From a virus (lineage: Duplodnaviria > Caudoviricetes): a DNA stretch of 64,000 bases. Where the stretch lies: positions 1 to 64,000 of the IMG/VR virus record IMGVR_UViG_2548876968_000003; one strand, 5' to 3'. The translations under genes were made by a program, and so were the position numbers. The notes beneath the pieces are model-generated. The model had not been told where the DNA came from, ran no database searches, and saw only the letters and a program-made list of their open reading frames with translations. Positions 36,573 through 45,947 of this stretch are shown one piece after another; within the stretch, counting starts at the first letter, position 1; every line of letters starts with the position of its first letter.

Positions 36573-37173
36573 TATGCCACATGAAAACAAATTACTGGCT
36601 GGACTTCCTCAGTTCAATGAAACCGACCCAATTTTCAAAGAACTGTTCGGTGATCCTTCTCGTCCTGAACTAACTCCTGTCTCGAATATAAACGATATCA
36701 ATGTCGGTGCGATTTACAACTCCGTAGAGTGGCATCTTAGATATCAGGATCTTGCGGTCAAGAGCGCGGTTTTATCGGGTGCCGAACAACACTTCTTAGA
36801 AAAATGGTCCGAGTTACTCGGAATACAACGACCTTCCGGAATGTCCGATTCGGAATTTGTCGGTTATATCATTGGTTACGTTCTTTCGAACGAACCTACG
36901 ATTCCAAAAATTGGAGAGATCTTTCCAAGGCCAGATTTCGCAATTCTACGGTGCGACGAGTTAGGTTTTGCAACCGAAGTATCCGCAAGCGATCTCGGCC
37001 TCATCCTTCCCGGACCCGATACCAAAGCAGTTTCGGCAATCGTCACGCCGGACAGAGGCGCGACTTACGTTCTCACAAACGACTTAGACAAGTTATCCGA
37101 CTTACAACTCACCGAACTCAATCGAATTCTTGCGGCCGGCGTCGCCGCATTTGCAGGGGAAATAGATGGCTAA
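36556..37173 (+). CDS. Baseplate wedge protein (gpI/gp48-like)
   Basis: LEKWSELLGIQRP.G.SD.EF motif; follows J. Confidence 0.6.
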   Translation: MWSRLNMPHENKLLAGLPQFNETDPIFKELFGDPSRPELTPVSNINDINVGAIYNSVEWHLRYQDLAVKSAVLSGAEQHFLEKWSELLGIQRPSGMSDSEFVGYIIGYVLSNEPTIPKIGEIFPRPDFAILRCDELGFATEVSASDLGLILPGPDTKAVSAIVTPDRGATYVLTNDLDKLSDLQLTELNRILAAGVAAFAGEIDG

Positions 37174-37951
37174 TGAATTAAAGATTCCTTTAACAAATAA
37201 CGAAGTAAAAGTATATTATCAAAGTTTACTTCAAAAAGTTACAGCGAACGATTTCAATCGATTGTCGGGAGCAGAATCCGAACATTCTGCAATTCCCGCA
37301 GTCCTAACCGCAATACTTGCGACTATCGGAAGAAACACGGATACTGCAATTGGTTTTTCCGTTTCTACACTTGATAACCAAACAATTAAAGTAAGTGCCG
37401 GTCTTTATATTCGACCGCACGCAGTTTATATCTTTCCACCTGTAACGCTTTCTCCTCACTCCGGTTCTTTAGAAGGAATCTATGAAATCGAACTCGAAGA
37501 AACTCTTACCGATTCTTCGGCGGTTTCTCTTTGGAATACAACCACTCAAAGATTTCAACCCCAAGTAAGACCGACTCGTAAAACATACAGGACGAGTCTT
37601 TTTGAACAATGGGTAAACTCTCCAGGTCTTCCAACACCGACGACAGGTAGAATCGGTCTTCTATCTTTTAAGAAAAATGTGATCGGTGGACCCATTACAA
37701 ACCTCATCCGAATTTTACCTGTATATGATCCGGGTTTAATTGGAGTGGAAGTGCAGTTAGATCCAGGAATCGGTGACCGAACGTCAATTGCCGATGCGAT
37801 CAACTGGCTTTTTGGGCATGTGGAATCTAAAAATTTTATTAGGACTTCCGTTTCACCCGGTTACGACAACGCAAAATTTCAAGTACGGACGCAAGGGAAC
37901 TTTGCCTATTGGAGTAAGGATAATGGAGGTACTTGGTTCCCTTTCGCATAA
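37166..37951 (+). CDS. Putative baseplate-attached fibre protein
   Basis: Synteny after the wedge genes; ends at a slippery heptamer. Confidence 0.55.
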   Translation: MANELKIPLTNNEVKVYYQSLLQKVTANDFNRLSGAESEHSAIPAVLTAILATIGRNTDTAIGFSVSTLDNQTIKVSAGLYIRPHAVYIFPPVTLSPHSGSLEGIYEIELEETLTDSSAVSLWNTTTQRFQPQVRPTRKTYRTSLFEQWVNSPGLPTPTTGRIGLLSFKKNVIGGPITNLIRILPVYDPGLIGVEVQLDPGIGDRTSIADAINWLFGHVESKNFIRTSVSPGYDNAKFQVRTQGNFAYWSKDNGGTWFPFA

Positions 37952-38391
37952 CCCCACCGAGTGGACCATCTTCTCCAGTATCGGGAGCCGGTGGCCATTG
38001 GGTGGGGAATTTAGGACCTGATCGTTACGATGTATTTCCCAAAGGTTCTTATTCTATCGGAGACCTTTGGCACGTAGTAGACGCACATATCGATCAGGGT
38101 GGAAACGTTACCGATTGCGGTCAGTGTGGGGGAAACACTAGCTGTCATAACCTTGGACCTTGGTTTGATTGCCCTGACTGTCCGGCGGGGTATTCTCAGA
38201 GCAACGCAATTGGTCTTTGCTGGACCGGCGGAACGGTTTTTATACCGTGTTGCACGAGTACGTGCTGTATCAACACATGCAATACTTGTCACGTTTCCAA
38301 TTGGTTTACTCGCTACAAAGTTTATAAGTACGAATTTTTCCATTGGACTTTAGTATCTCAATATACCGTTCACGGAAGACTCTGGAGTTAG
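37933..38391 (+). CDS. Cys-rich domain, probably a -1 frameshift extension of the upstream gene
   Basis: Many Cys; C_CCT_TTC at 37939-37945 with a downstream stem; the TTG start has only 3-nt SD spacing. Confidence 0.6.
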   Translation: MVPFRITPPSGPSSPVSGAGGHWVGNLGPDRYDVFPKGSYSIGDLWHVVDAHIDQGGNVTDCGQCGGNTSCHNLGPWFDCPDCPAGYSQSNAIGLCWTGGTVFIPCCTSTCCINTCNTCHVSNWFTRYKVYKYEFFHWTLVSQYTVHGRLWS

Positions 38392-38397
38392 TCAATC

Positions 38398-38565
38398 ATG
38401 GATGAAAAGAAAAATTATGATTTTTCAGAAAAAAGAATGGGAACATGTCTTACGTGTCCCTTATTATTAAAGGGATTTTTTGGAGAACAGTGTTCCGTTT
38501 GCCACTGCTTTGTAAGGCTGAAAACGAAATTAAAACGAGAATCATGCCCTATAGGCAAGTGGTAA
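38398..38565 (+). CDS. 55-aa Cys-rich metal-binding protein (DUF6171-like), missed by the ORF track
   Basis: MDEKK...R.GTCLTC...CSVCHCFVRLK...CPIGKW. Confidence 0.7.
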   Translation: MDEKKNYDFSEKRMGTCLTCPLLLKGFFGEQCSVCHCFVRLKTKLKRESCPIGKW

Positions 38566-38572
38566 CGAATTT

Positions 38573-38911
38573 ATGTCTGGATGTTGCGGAGGAAGCAGTA
38601 TGAACCAACAATTAATTTTTCAACAATTGAGCCAACTCACAGGCCTAGGTCTTAACAAAGGAAAAGATGCAAGCGAAGCGGCAAACGACGCAAATATTTT
38701 GATTGAAGCTTTGCTTGTGAAAGCGAAGGAAATGGAAAAGTCCTATCCTGGAAATAGTGAGGATTTGATCTTTCACCAACTCACTCAGTACGCGTATGGA
38801 AAGTTCAGCGTTGAATCGGATATTTCTAAAGTTGTAGAAAGCGTGTCGGCAATCGTGTCCGATCTGTTATCAAAAGCGAAGGCTTTGGAAAGTCGACGTT
38901 CCGGTTTATAG
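38573..38911 (+). CDS. Hypothetical protein with two internal ~48-aa repeats
   Basis: MSGCCGG start; LIFQQLSQ...LLVKAKEME and LIFHQLTQ...LLSKAKALE. Confidence 0.6.
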   Translation: MSGCCGGSSMNQQLIFQQLSQLTGLGLNKGKDASEAANDANILIEALLVKAKEMEKSYPGNSEDLIFHQLTQYAYGKFSVESDISKVVESVSAIVSDLLSKAKALESRRSGL

Positions 38912-38915
38912 TCGT

Positions 38916-39206
38916 ATGTTTTCAAGAATTTGGACTCGAACCAGTCTCTTTCTTTGGAGAATCAGGGCTTCTCGATTTTCATCTAAGACACTGATTGATA
39001 AAGAAAGATGGCAACTTGCAATTCGTAACCATTGGTCGCATTGGTTTAACGGATTTCCTCTCTTCACTCTTTCTTTTGAAAAAGGAATCAGAGAAGGACA
39101 GTCTTTGACTCTAAACGCCGGTCTTTTTGGCTTAGTTTTCGTGTTATTCATTTACTCAAAAACTTCAATTGATTCCCCCGGAAGAAAAGAATGGAAACAA
39201 ATCTGA
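38916..39206 (+). CDS. Hypothetical protein
   Basis: ORF closely coupled to its neighbours; no motif. Confidence 0.35.
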   Translation: MFSRIWTRTSLFLWRIRASRFSSKTLIDKERWQLAIRNHWSHWFNGFPLFTLSFEKGIREGQSLTLNAGLFGLVFVLFIYSKTSIDSPGRKEWKQI

Positions 39207-39322
39207 TTCTATTGATCCTGATGTATACGGTCATCTGGACCGTTGCAGTTTGGGTAGGTTGTGCGATTTTAGCTTTTGTCATTTACTTATGCGTCTTTGG
39301 ATTCAAGAAAAATGGCAGATAG
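39191..39322 (+). CDS. 43-aa single-TM peptide
   Basis: METNLILLILMYTVIWTVAVWVGCAILAFVIYLCVFGFKKNGR. Confidence 0.35.
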   Translation: METNLILLILMYTVIWTVAVWVGCAILAFVIYLCVFGFKKNGR

Positions 39323-39525
39323 GCTAAAACTCACGTCTGAAAACGTAAGTAATCTTTTTCTAAAATGTCTTTTCTTAGAAGGTGAAGACACGACGGACTT
39401 TGTTTGGGATTGCTTCGAGTCTCATAGAATACAATCTATCGAGAGAAGTTTGGATTACTTTACCTTCTGGAGTTCCTTACTTTTTCATAAAATGAAATTA
39501 AAATATCAAGTTACTCTTCTCACTT

Positions 39526-39762
39526 TTAATCCAATTCTCCGTATTGTAGTTCTCTTTCAAAATCTCCAATCATTTCTCTTTTTTGCAAGAATCGCAATAG
39601 TCTATCCCGATCGACATACGCTTTGTCAATTGCAGTCATAATCTCATCAAAGGCGCGCTGAGATAAAGCGTGAAAAAACAGTCCCTCAGTAAGCAAAGCT
39701 CGAAACTGGAGAACTTCCGGATGGTGTCTAAATGATTCTTGATTTTTCAAAGTTTCCTCCAA
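39526..39762 (-). CDS. Hypothetical protein
   Basis: Starts 4 nt after the 910-aa gene. Confidence 0.45.
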   Translation of the reverse strand: MEETLKNQESFRHHPEVLQFRALLTEGLFFHALSQRAFDEIMTAIDKAYVDRDRLLRFLQKREMIGDFERELQYGELD

Positions 39763-39766
39763 TGTT

Positions 39767-42499
39767 TCATTTCAAAACTACCAAAGAATAGTCTTCCTTA
39801 ACTTGGTTTGCTTTAAAAATCGTCTCATCAATATCCAAAAGAAAGGATTTTGCGAACATCATCGGCATACTCGAATCGTCTTCGATCTCTTTGAGTTTCA
39901 TTTGTAGAGAATCTTTGATAATGGATAAATCTTGAATAATTACGTTAAGCCTCCCAATGACAGACGATGATCCGACTCCTTTGTCAGCAGATACGGCGAT
40001 AGAAGCCGCGAGTTCCTTGATTGTTTGAGGGGACAAAGACGTTACATTGTCACCAAGTACGCGCTGATAGGTTTTGGATAATGAATCCATCATGACTTCG
40101 AGCATCTTACGGTTTGTAGCCGCCGTTTCCATAGACACCGTCCTGAGTGCCTCCCGTTGAACATTCGTTGCGACGGAATCGAAATCAAAATGATCAAACT
40201 GGCCAGACTGTAATTCTTTCAAATAGTTTTGAATGACAGACGGCCCACGACCTGGGTATTTCGATCTGTTCGCAACATACCATTTGTATGCCCGGATCTG
40301 CATCGTTGCATTCGGCTTGTCGTTTACGTCTTTTGCAAAAAGTCCGATGACTTCCGCAACTCCCAACGGAAGCGATTTGTCTTTTTTGTGAACGAGTGTA
40401 AAAAGATCCGGAGTTAGGTCATTCAACGCTAACCGCTTATTCACTTCTCCGATCGTAATCCCTAATTTTTCAGAAATTTTCTTCGCATCCCAGCCGTTTT
40501 CTATCATCTTCCCGTATGCTTTCGCCTCATCGGTCGGTAACACATTTCTCCGGTGGTTTTCTGAAAGCTGAGAAGCTAGTCGGTCGTTACTGGAAGCGAA
40601 TTCTTTTGGAACAATTGGTATTTCGAAATTGGAAGGAAAGTGACCTTCTGCGATCAATTCCTTAACCGCCTCGTATCTGTGGTGACCGGCAACGACCGTC
40701 CATTTTCCTTCTTGTTTATCTACTATAATTGGAAATCCGGGATCGTAACCACCGTCTTTGATTTTTAATTTTAAGGAATTGATTTGATTTCGATCGAAAT
40801 CTTTTTTTGCAGTATATTGTTCAATCGTTCGGATTTGATTGAAAGGAAGTTTTGTCGGAAGTGAACCGCTCTTCGTAGTTCTACTTTCTTTAGAAGGCTT
40901 TATAACCCTTAAACGTCTTTTTTTAGCTGTAGGCTTCTCTTCTTTTACCTGCCTTTCTTTTTTGACAGGCTTCCAACCGTCGGCAGTTTTTATTCGTGTC
41001 GATCCATCCTTCCAATCTTTCTTCGTTCCTATAGGAGCGGGAGGACGGCCACGTTTCCCTTTCAAAATCAAATTTAACTTTTCAAGTGGCTCGTACACTG
41101 CCAGTAACATGGCTTTAAACAAGTCGCTTTCATCTTCGGATAATCCGGATTCTTTTAATTCTCCTCGAAGATCTACATAATCGGAAACAATGTCTAAAAT
41201 ATCTTGGCGCGTATCGGAAATATACGCAAGATCCACAAATTCTTTTGCCCTTGAATCCAAACCTTGACTTAGAAGTGTTTTCTTTATATGATCGATTAAT
41301 TTTCCATGATCTTTGTCTTCCGGAGAAAGCTTGTAAACCGGGCGATCTGAATATTTCTTAGGACGGATTCTTACCGCCGATTCTTGTTTAAGACTGAAGT
41401 GGTTTCCCGATTGTCCTTCCGGTTTTACAAGCCTTGTCGAAACATAGTTTCCGTGTTTTCCATCAACTACGATTTGTTTAGGTATGAGAGCGGCCGTATT
41501 CCCTGATTTTTGGACAGAATGTAGATACTCCTCTTCCGGAACAGATCCGCCAACTAAAACAGACCTCAACCGATTTGCTTTTTCGGAAAGCCTCGAAAGA
41601 TCAATATTCGAGTTTCGAAATTCATAAAGTTTCGATTTTAAAAACTCAAGTTTCGGACTCTTTAATTCCGTTTTGGTATTCTTTGAAAAAAGCCACTCCT
41701 TAAATTGAGAAATGGTCAAAAGAACAATCGAACCAAGACCAGTCCAACCCTTCTTGTAGTTTACAAGATATCCTTGTTTTGCGGATTTCTCGTCGTGAAA
41801 TCCGAACATTACTTTATGCTCGTCGAAAGATCCATCCTTCTTTTTTTGATTCACGACAAAAACAATTTGTGAATCGGGATCCGGACCTACAAATACATCA
41901 ACGTGATCCCCATCGGCTCCTTGTGTCCTTTTTATATACCCGTAATCAAACTTGATTTGATTTCTCCAGGGTTTACCGCTTTCATCAACTCCAGACCGAT
42001 ATGAACCCTTCCGATTCTCGATTGAAATATCAATCCCTTGAATTCGTACGTGATTTTTTTTGTAGTTGCCTGCTTTCTTTTGAGACGGAGTAGGTTCTGC
42101 TTTTAGAACGTTAGAGGATTGTATTTCGAGAATTGATTTTTGAGTCTCATCCTCTTGCTCGGAATCGGAAGGATCTGAAACTTCGACTATTTCGGCTCGG
42201 TTTTTTAAATATTGTGAAAGAAACGAAGCGCCAAGAGATTTAAACTCTTTGGAAAGAGCGATCATTCCATCTTGAGAAAGTTCTTTTTCGGAAGACCTGA
42301 GAACGGTTATTAAGCCTTTGCGAGACAGGGAATTGATCTCCCCTTCATACCAAGGTTCTTCTTCTCCCATCACCCACTCTTGCCAAAGAGGATTTGTTTT
42401 TGTCATAGACAAATGAATCTTGTCCAAAATCGTCTCTGCAATTTCAGAAGTGATATCCTCCTTTGTAAGAATCTCCATTTCTAAAATACCTCGTCTCAA
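39767..42499 (-). CDS. Polyvalent protein: inorganic-pyrophosphatase-like (InPase) plus ParB/Srx domains
   Basis: PTPSQKKAGNYKK.H, DYGYI..T.GADGDHVDVFVG, FDEHKVMFG; VVAGHHRYEA. Confidence 0.85.
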   Translation of the reverse strand: MRRGILEMEILTKEDITSEIAETILDKIHLSMTKTNPLWQEWVMGEEEPWYEGEINSLSRKGLITVLRSSEKELSQDGMIALSKEFKSLGASFLSQYLKNRAEIVEVSDPSDSEQEDETQKSILEIQSSNVLKAEPTPSQKKAGNYKKNHVRIQGIDISIENRKGSYRSGVDESGKPWRNQIKFDYGYIKRTQGADGDHVDVFVGPDPDSQIVFVVNQKKKDGSFDEHKVMFGFHDEKSAKQGYLVNYKKGWTGLGSIVLLTISQFKEWLFSKNTKTELKSPKLEFLKSKLYEFRNSNIDLSRLSEKANRLRSVLVGGSVPEEEYLHSVQKSGNTAALIPKQIVVDGKHGNYVSTRLVKPEGQSGNHFSLKQESAVRIRPKKYSDRPVYKLSPEDKDHGKLIDHIKKTLLSQGLDSRAKEFVDLAYISDTRQDILDIVSDYVDLRGELKESGLSEDESDLFKAMLLAVYEPLEKLNLILKGKRGRPPAPIGTKKDWKDGSTRIKTADGWKPVKKERQVKEEKPTAKKRRLRVIKPSKESRTTKSGSLPTKLPFNQIRTIEQYTAKKDFDRNQINSLKLKIKDGGYDPGFPIIVDKQEGKWTVVAGHHRYEAVKELIAEGHFPSNFEIPIVPKEFASSNDRLASQLSENHRRNVLPTDEAKAYGKMIENGWDAKKISEKLGITIGEVNKRLALNDLTPDLFTLVHKKDKSLPLGVAEVIGLFAKDVNDKPNATMQIRAYKWYVANRSKYPGRGPSVIQNYLKELQSGQFDHFDFDSVATNVQREALRTVSMETAATNRKMLEVMMDSLSKTYQRVLGDNVTSLSPQTIKELAASIAVSADKGVGSSSVIGRLNVIIQDLSIIKDSLQMKLKEIEDDSSMPMMFAKSFLLDIDETIFKANQVKEDYSLVVLK

Positions 42500-42508
42500 C
42501 CCACTTTC

Positions 42509-43024
42509 TTAAATGATTGAATTTTCTCGGTATTTATAGAGTGCTTCTTGGTTTTCTCTTCTTTGGTCCCGGTCGAGTGATTTTACAAATCCGTTCCAAC
42601 TCCCGGCTTGAATCGTTGCGCCAAAGGGTAAAATCAGAATGACGGGAATATATCCATGCAATGTTTTAAATGGGATTGCGACTTTTCTTTCTAGATTGGA
42701 TACAAAGTCTTCCGGCTTGTGAGTATCTGCATTGTAGTGTAATACAATAATTTGTCCGACTGGCTCAGTTCTAAACTTAACTTTATTCCACCAGGTAAAC
42801 CAAGCGAGGGAAAGCATACCAGATAAATATTTCACAAGGATAAGGTGAAGTCTTAGGGTTTGAAGTAGAACAGACGCGCGGTAAGAAAGTATTTTGAAAA
42901 GGTCCGTTCTTTCTAAATAGAAAAGAAACTCGCTTAATTTCTTAGTTAAAAAATTTGTTTTAAATGAAAAGAAAAGCCAACCAAAGAAACGATTTTTAAA
43001 TTCCATATTTATCCCTTGTTTCAT
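42509..43024 (-). CDS. Hypothetical protein
   Basis: ORF in operon; hydrophobic N-terminal half. Confidence 0.5.
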   Translation of the reverse strand: MKQGINMEFKNRFFGWLFFSFKTNFLTKKLSEFLFYLERTDLFKILSYRASVLLQTLRLHLILVKYLSGMLSLAWFTWWNKVKFRTEPVGQIIVLHYNADTHKPEDFVSNLERKVAIPFKTLHGYIPVILILPFGATIQAGSWNGFVKSLDRDQRRENQEALYKYRENSII

Positions 43025-43036
43025 CCTAAAATCCGA

Positions 43037-44155
43037 TTACTGCCTTCCGTTGAAATTTGCGAGTGGTTTCATTTTGAAAAGTTTAGGTTTGTCCCGATCC
43101 TCTCCACTTCCGCCTTCGATAAATCCCGTGACTCGAAACGTTGGATGATAGTCGTAAATAATAGTGTAGCCCGTTTTCGGTTTATCGGACAACCACTGGA
43201 TTCTCGAATCTCCAAAGATTAAAAAATCCGTTCCTTCCTTGTGGGTTACGAAACCGTTTATTTCTTTAGAAATAATTCGATCGATTGAGGCAATGGGAGA
43301 ATAGGAAACGACGTCAAAGGCTTTGTTTTGATAGGCGATAAACTCGGAATGTCTAAGAGTGGAAACAAGAAGTGTGATAATATCACCTTCTCCCATTTTG
43401 TAACCCCCTCCCAGAACTCCCATCAGCTCCCCGTCTTGGAACGTGATTTGGCTTCGATCAAAAATTTTTCTCGAATCCGGATCCACTCGATACGTTTTGT
43501 ACCCTATCTTTACCGGGTTGTAGAAAAGAACTTTAAGTCTGTGTTTACCATTGACTCTTTTCGGAAAAATAACTGAGTTTAAAGTATACCCACTGTATTC
43601 TACAGAAACGGGTTTTTCGGTTTCAGAATCAGGGACTTTGAAAACCTCAACGACACCGATGATTGCACCAAATGGAATTTTAGGAAATAAAACGTATTCG
43701 TTTTTTCCTTCCGCTTCCACATACATTTCTTCAACGAGTGAAACTTTATATTTGAGAAGTATTGAATTCCAATACTTCAGAGACTCTTCGACTTCGAAGT
43801 ATTCTTCATGGATACGTTTAATTGTGAGTTCTTTTTGAGTTTCCCGCGAAATTAAAACCGCGCTTTCAATTTTTGTAATCGGTGCGTAGCGTGTGAAAAC
43901 CTTATTCCCGACTATTTTCCAAGCGGTTTCTTCCTGAATGAGTAAGTCCTCTTGGAATGTTCGAATGAGTCCTTCAAAGCAAAACTTACAATCCGGTAGC
44001 CTTTCCTCCGCCGGACAAGGGCAAGAAGAAAGTCTATACCAAAGAGCAGACTCCCCTCTTCTCTCTAAGAGGTCTTCATTCGTTAGGGGAGTAAGAATAT
44101 TTGGTTTGGTTGTGATTGAAAAAGGTGTAACTCCACCTTGTCCTGATTTCCTCAT
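43037..44155 (-). CDS. Putative head-closure/neck protein
   Basis: ERRGE..LWY....CPC...CKFC..G pattern seen in Twort-like head completion proteins. Confidence 0.55.
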   Translation of the reverse strand: MRKSGQGGVTPFSITTKPNILTPLTNEDLLERRGESALWYRLSSCPCPAEERLPDCKFCFEGLIRTFQEDLLIQEETAWKIVGNKVFTRYAPITKIESAVLISRETQKELTIKRIHEEYFEVEESLKYWNSILLKYKVSLVEEMYVEAEGKNEYVLFPKIPFGAIIGVVEVFKVPDSETEKPVSVEYSGYTLNSVIFPKRVNGKHRLKVLFYNPVKIGYKTYRVDPDSRKIFDRSQITFQDGELMGVLGGGYKMGEGDIITLLVSTLRHSEFIAYQNKAFDVVSYSPIASIDRIISKEINGFVTHKEGTDFLIFGDSRIQWLSDKPKTGYTIIYDYHPTFRVTGFIEGGSGEDRDKPKLFKMKPLANFNGRQ

Positions 44156-44403
44156 GCCTTTGAAACTTTGGTCGCTTGCAGGACGAATTCTTCGCGCTTT
44201 TTATCGAAACCTTTGCGAAGTGAGAATACTACTTCTATTCCTTCTTTGATTTCAGATTCACTCAAGAAAGAATACTTTGCGTTAAAGAAATATTCTATTC
44301 CGTCATTTCCTGTGATAAAGCCGTAACCTCCGCGATTTGAGTCACGATTCCAAGGGATATATTTTCTTATTTTTCCGGTTAAAGTGTGTTTGTAAGTTTC
44401 CAA
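44152..44403 (-). CDS. Cold-shock-domain (OB-fold) protein
   Basis: G.I......GYGFITG.DGIEYFF RNP1/RNP2-like motifs. Confidence 0.7.
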   Translation of the reverse strand: METYKHTLTGKIRKYIPWNRDSNRGGYGFITGNDGIEYFFNAKYSFLSESEIKEGIEVVFSLRKGFDKKREEFVLQATKVSKA

Positions 44404-44933
44404 TCGATATATTCAGTGAGCCACAAATCCGATTCAGGTTCGTGACAACACGTCGGTTCCTCCCAGACCCCGATTGAATATAGATCACTTTTTCGTATCG
44501 GACCAAAATTTCTTTCAAGTCTGATTCTTTCTTCATTGGCCTCTACGTTTTCTTCGTATCTGTCGTCGGTTCGAATCCGTTCTTTTGCGTCTCTGATTTT
44601 CCCTTGTCTGAATATTTCGTCGATTTCACTCAAGTCTATATCATCGATTTCGTCTACACTCACCGCTACATATTCATGCGAGCAATTCGGGTGCATAGGA
44701 CAGCAAAACTGATAATCTTCCAAGTGAAGTAAGGCGTTACTTTTTCCAGGCCAGACAGCGATTGAAGTAACTGGATCGCCGGAAAACTGATCCCCACCCA
44801 AATATACGAGTCCTAAAGACTTCATATATTTTTCGTCTTGGAGGCTGTCTAAAGACGGAAATACTCTCGCAATTTGTCCCAGAAACTCCTTACACTTTGA
44901 ACAAACAATTGGGTTCGAATCCAAGTCAGACAC
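44379..44933 (-). CDS. C-terminal part of a minor head protein (SPP1 gp7/Mu F-like)
   Basis: CSKC and CCPMHPNC motifs. Confidence 0.55.
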   Translation of the reverse strand: MSDLDSNPIVCSKCKEFLGQIARVFPSLDSLQDEKYMKSLGLVYLGGDQFSGDPVTSIAVWPGKSNALLHLEDYQFCCPMHPNCSHEYVAVSVDEIDDIDLSEIDEIFRQGKIRDAKERIRTDDRYEENVEANEERIRLERNFGPIRKSDLYSIGVWEEPTCCHEPESDLWLTEYIDWKLTNTL

Positions 44934-45910
44934 TAGTACTCGCCACCTCCAAATTGAACGTACTGAGCGCCTTTTTTTTCATTTGCGAGCATGAGAAGTT
45001 TACCGTTATTAAAATTGATCGAGGCCTCTGTATATGCAAAACGAGTCATGTCCCGATTTAGGTGATTCGTGACTAACTTTTCATACACTCTTTCCCGACG
45101 AGATCGTACTGTATCCGAAATCCCATCTTCGAATAAACCCAGAGCTTCTTGAATCTCCGAGTCATCGGGCGAGATCATGAGTGTTCGAATTTCTTCCTCA
45201 GTAGCGTTTCGGGCGAGTGCTTCCGCGATTTGACGCCTATACATTTTTGTGATTAATTCATACGCTCGACCGGACCTTTTACCGTTCTTGTCATAGATTG
45301 CAAGCCATTCGGCTCCTTTAGCTTGTCCATAAATTAGGGAGTAGGTTTGCTCTCTCGTTAATCCTGTTTCTTCCATGAGAACATCAATATCTCCAAGTTC
45401 GGGAAAATTGTAGTCCTTCGCGCGCTCTGAAAATTCTGGAATTGTCATCTCCATAAGTTCATCCGGATCTTCTCCCTCTCCGATCATGTATTGAGCGATG
45501 TATCCGAGAATTGTGGACTTATTTCTTTCTTCTTTATAGATTCTGTTCCAGTCTTGGGCTAAAAAATCAAAAATTCCTTGATCGGCTTCTTCTAACTCAT
45601 CCCGAGAAATGACTCCTTCCGGAAAAACGATCCTACCCGTTTGTTTTAGAAGTTTTGAATAATCCTCTAAAGGGTTAGGAGTGACGTTAATCGTTCTCGG
45701 AAAAAAAGTCGGACGAACAAGGAGTTCACCGAAAAACTTCTTTCGCAAGACTCCCATTGCATCGGACCAGAGTGATTTTTGAATATCAAAATGGATTCCC
45801 TTCTTTGGATCCCCAAGTAAGGCGTACTGTAGGGAAATAAAATAATAGAGCCAAGCGTATGTAAGTTCCCGCAAGACTCTATATTCTGAAAGAGGCGATT
45901 CTCTATTCAT
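44933..45910 (-). CDS. N-terminal part of a minor head protein (SPP1 gp7/Mu F-like)
   Basis: RFAYTEASINFNNG resembles R.IARTE..A.N.G. Confidence 0.55.
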   Translation of the reverse strand: MNRESPLSEYRVLRELTYAWLYYFISLQYALLGDPKKGIHFDIQKSLWSDAMGVLRKKFFGELLVRPTFFPRTINVTPNPLEDYSKLLKQTGRIVFPEGVISRDELEEADQGIFDFLAQDWNRIYKEERNKSTILGYIAQYMIGEGEDPDELMEMTIPEFSERAKDYNFPELGDIDVLMEETGLTREQTYSLIYGQAKGAEWLAIYDKNGKRSGRAYELITKMYRRQIAEALARNATEEEIRTLMISPDDSEIQEALGLFEDGISDTVRSRRERVYEKLVTNHLNRDMTRFAYTEASINFNNGKLLMLANEKKGAQYVQFGGGEY

Positions 45911-45947
45911 AAAGTAAACCCTCTAAAATTAAGAGAGGATTAAATTT

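Noticed and set aside
39312-39641. ORF starting MADRLKLTSENV...CLF.EGEDT, reminiscent of a phage hypothetical family
   Set aside because: Similarity fades after ~40 aa and the 3' part overlaps an opposite-strand gene; at most a truncated remnant, not verifiable here
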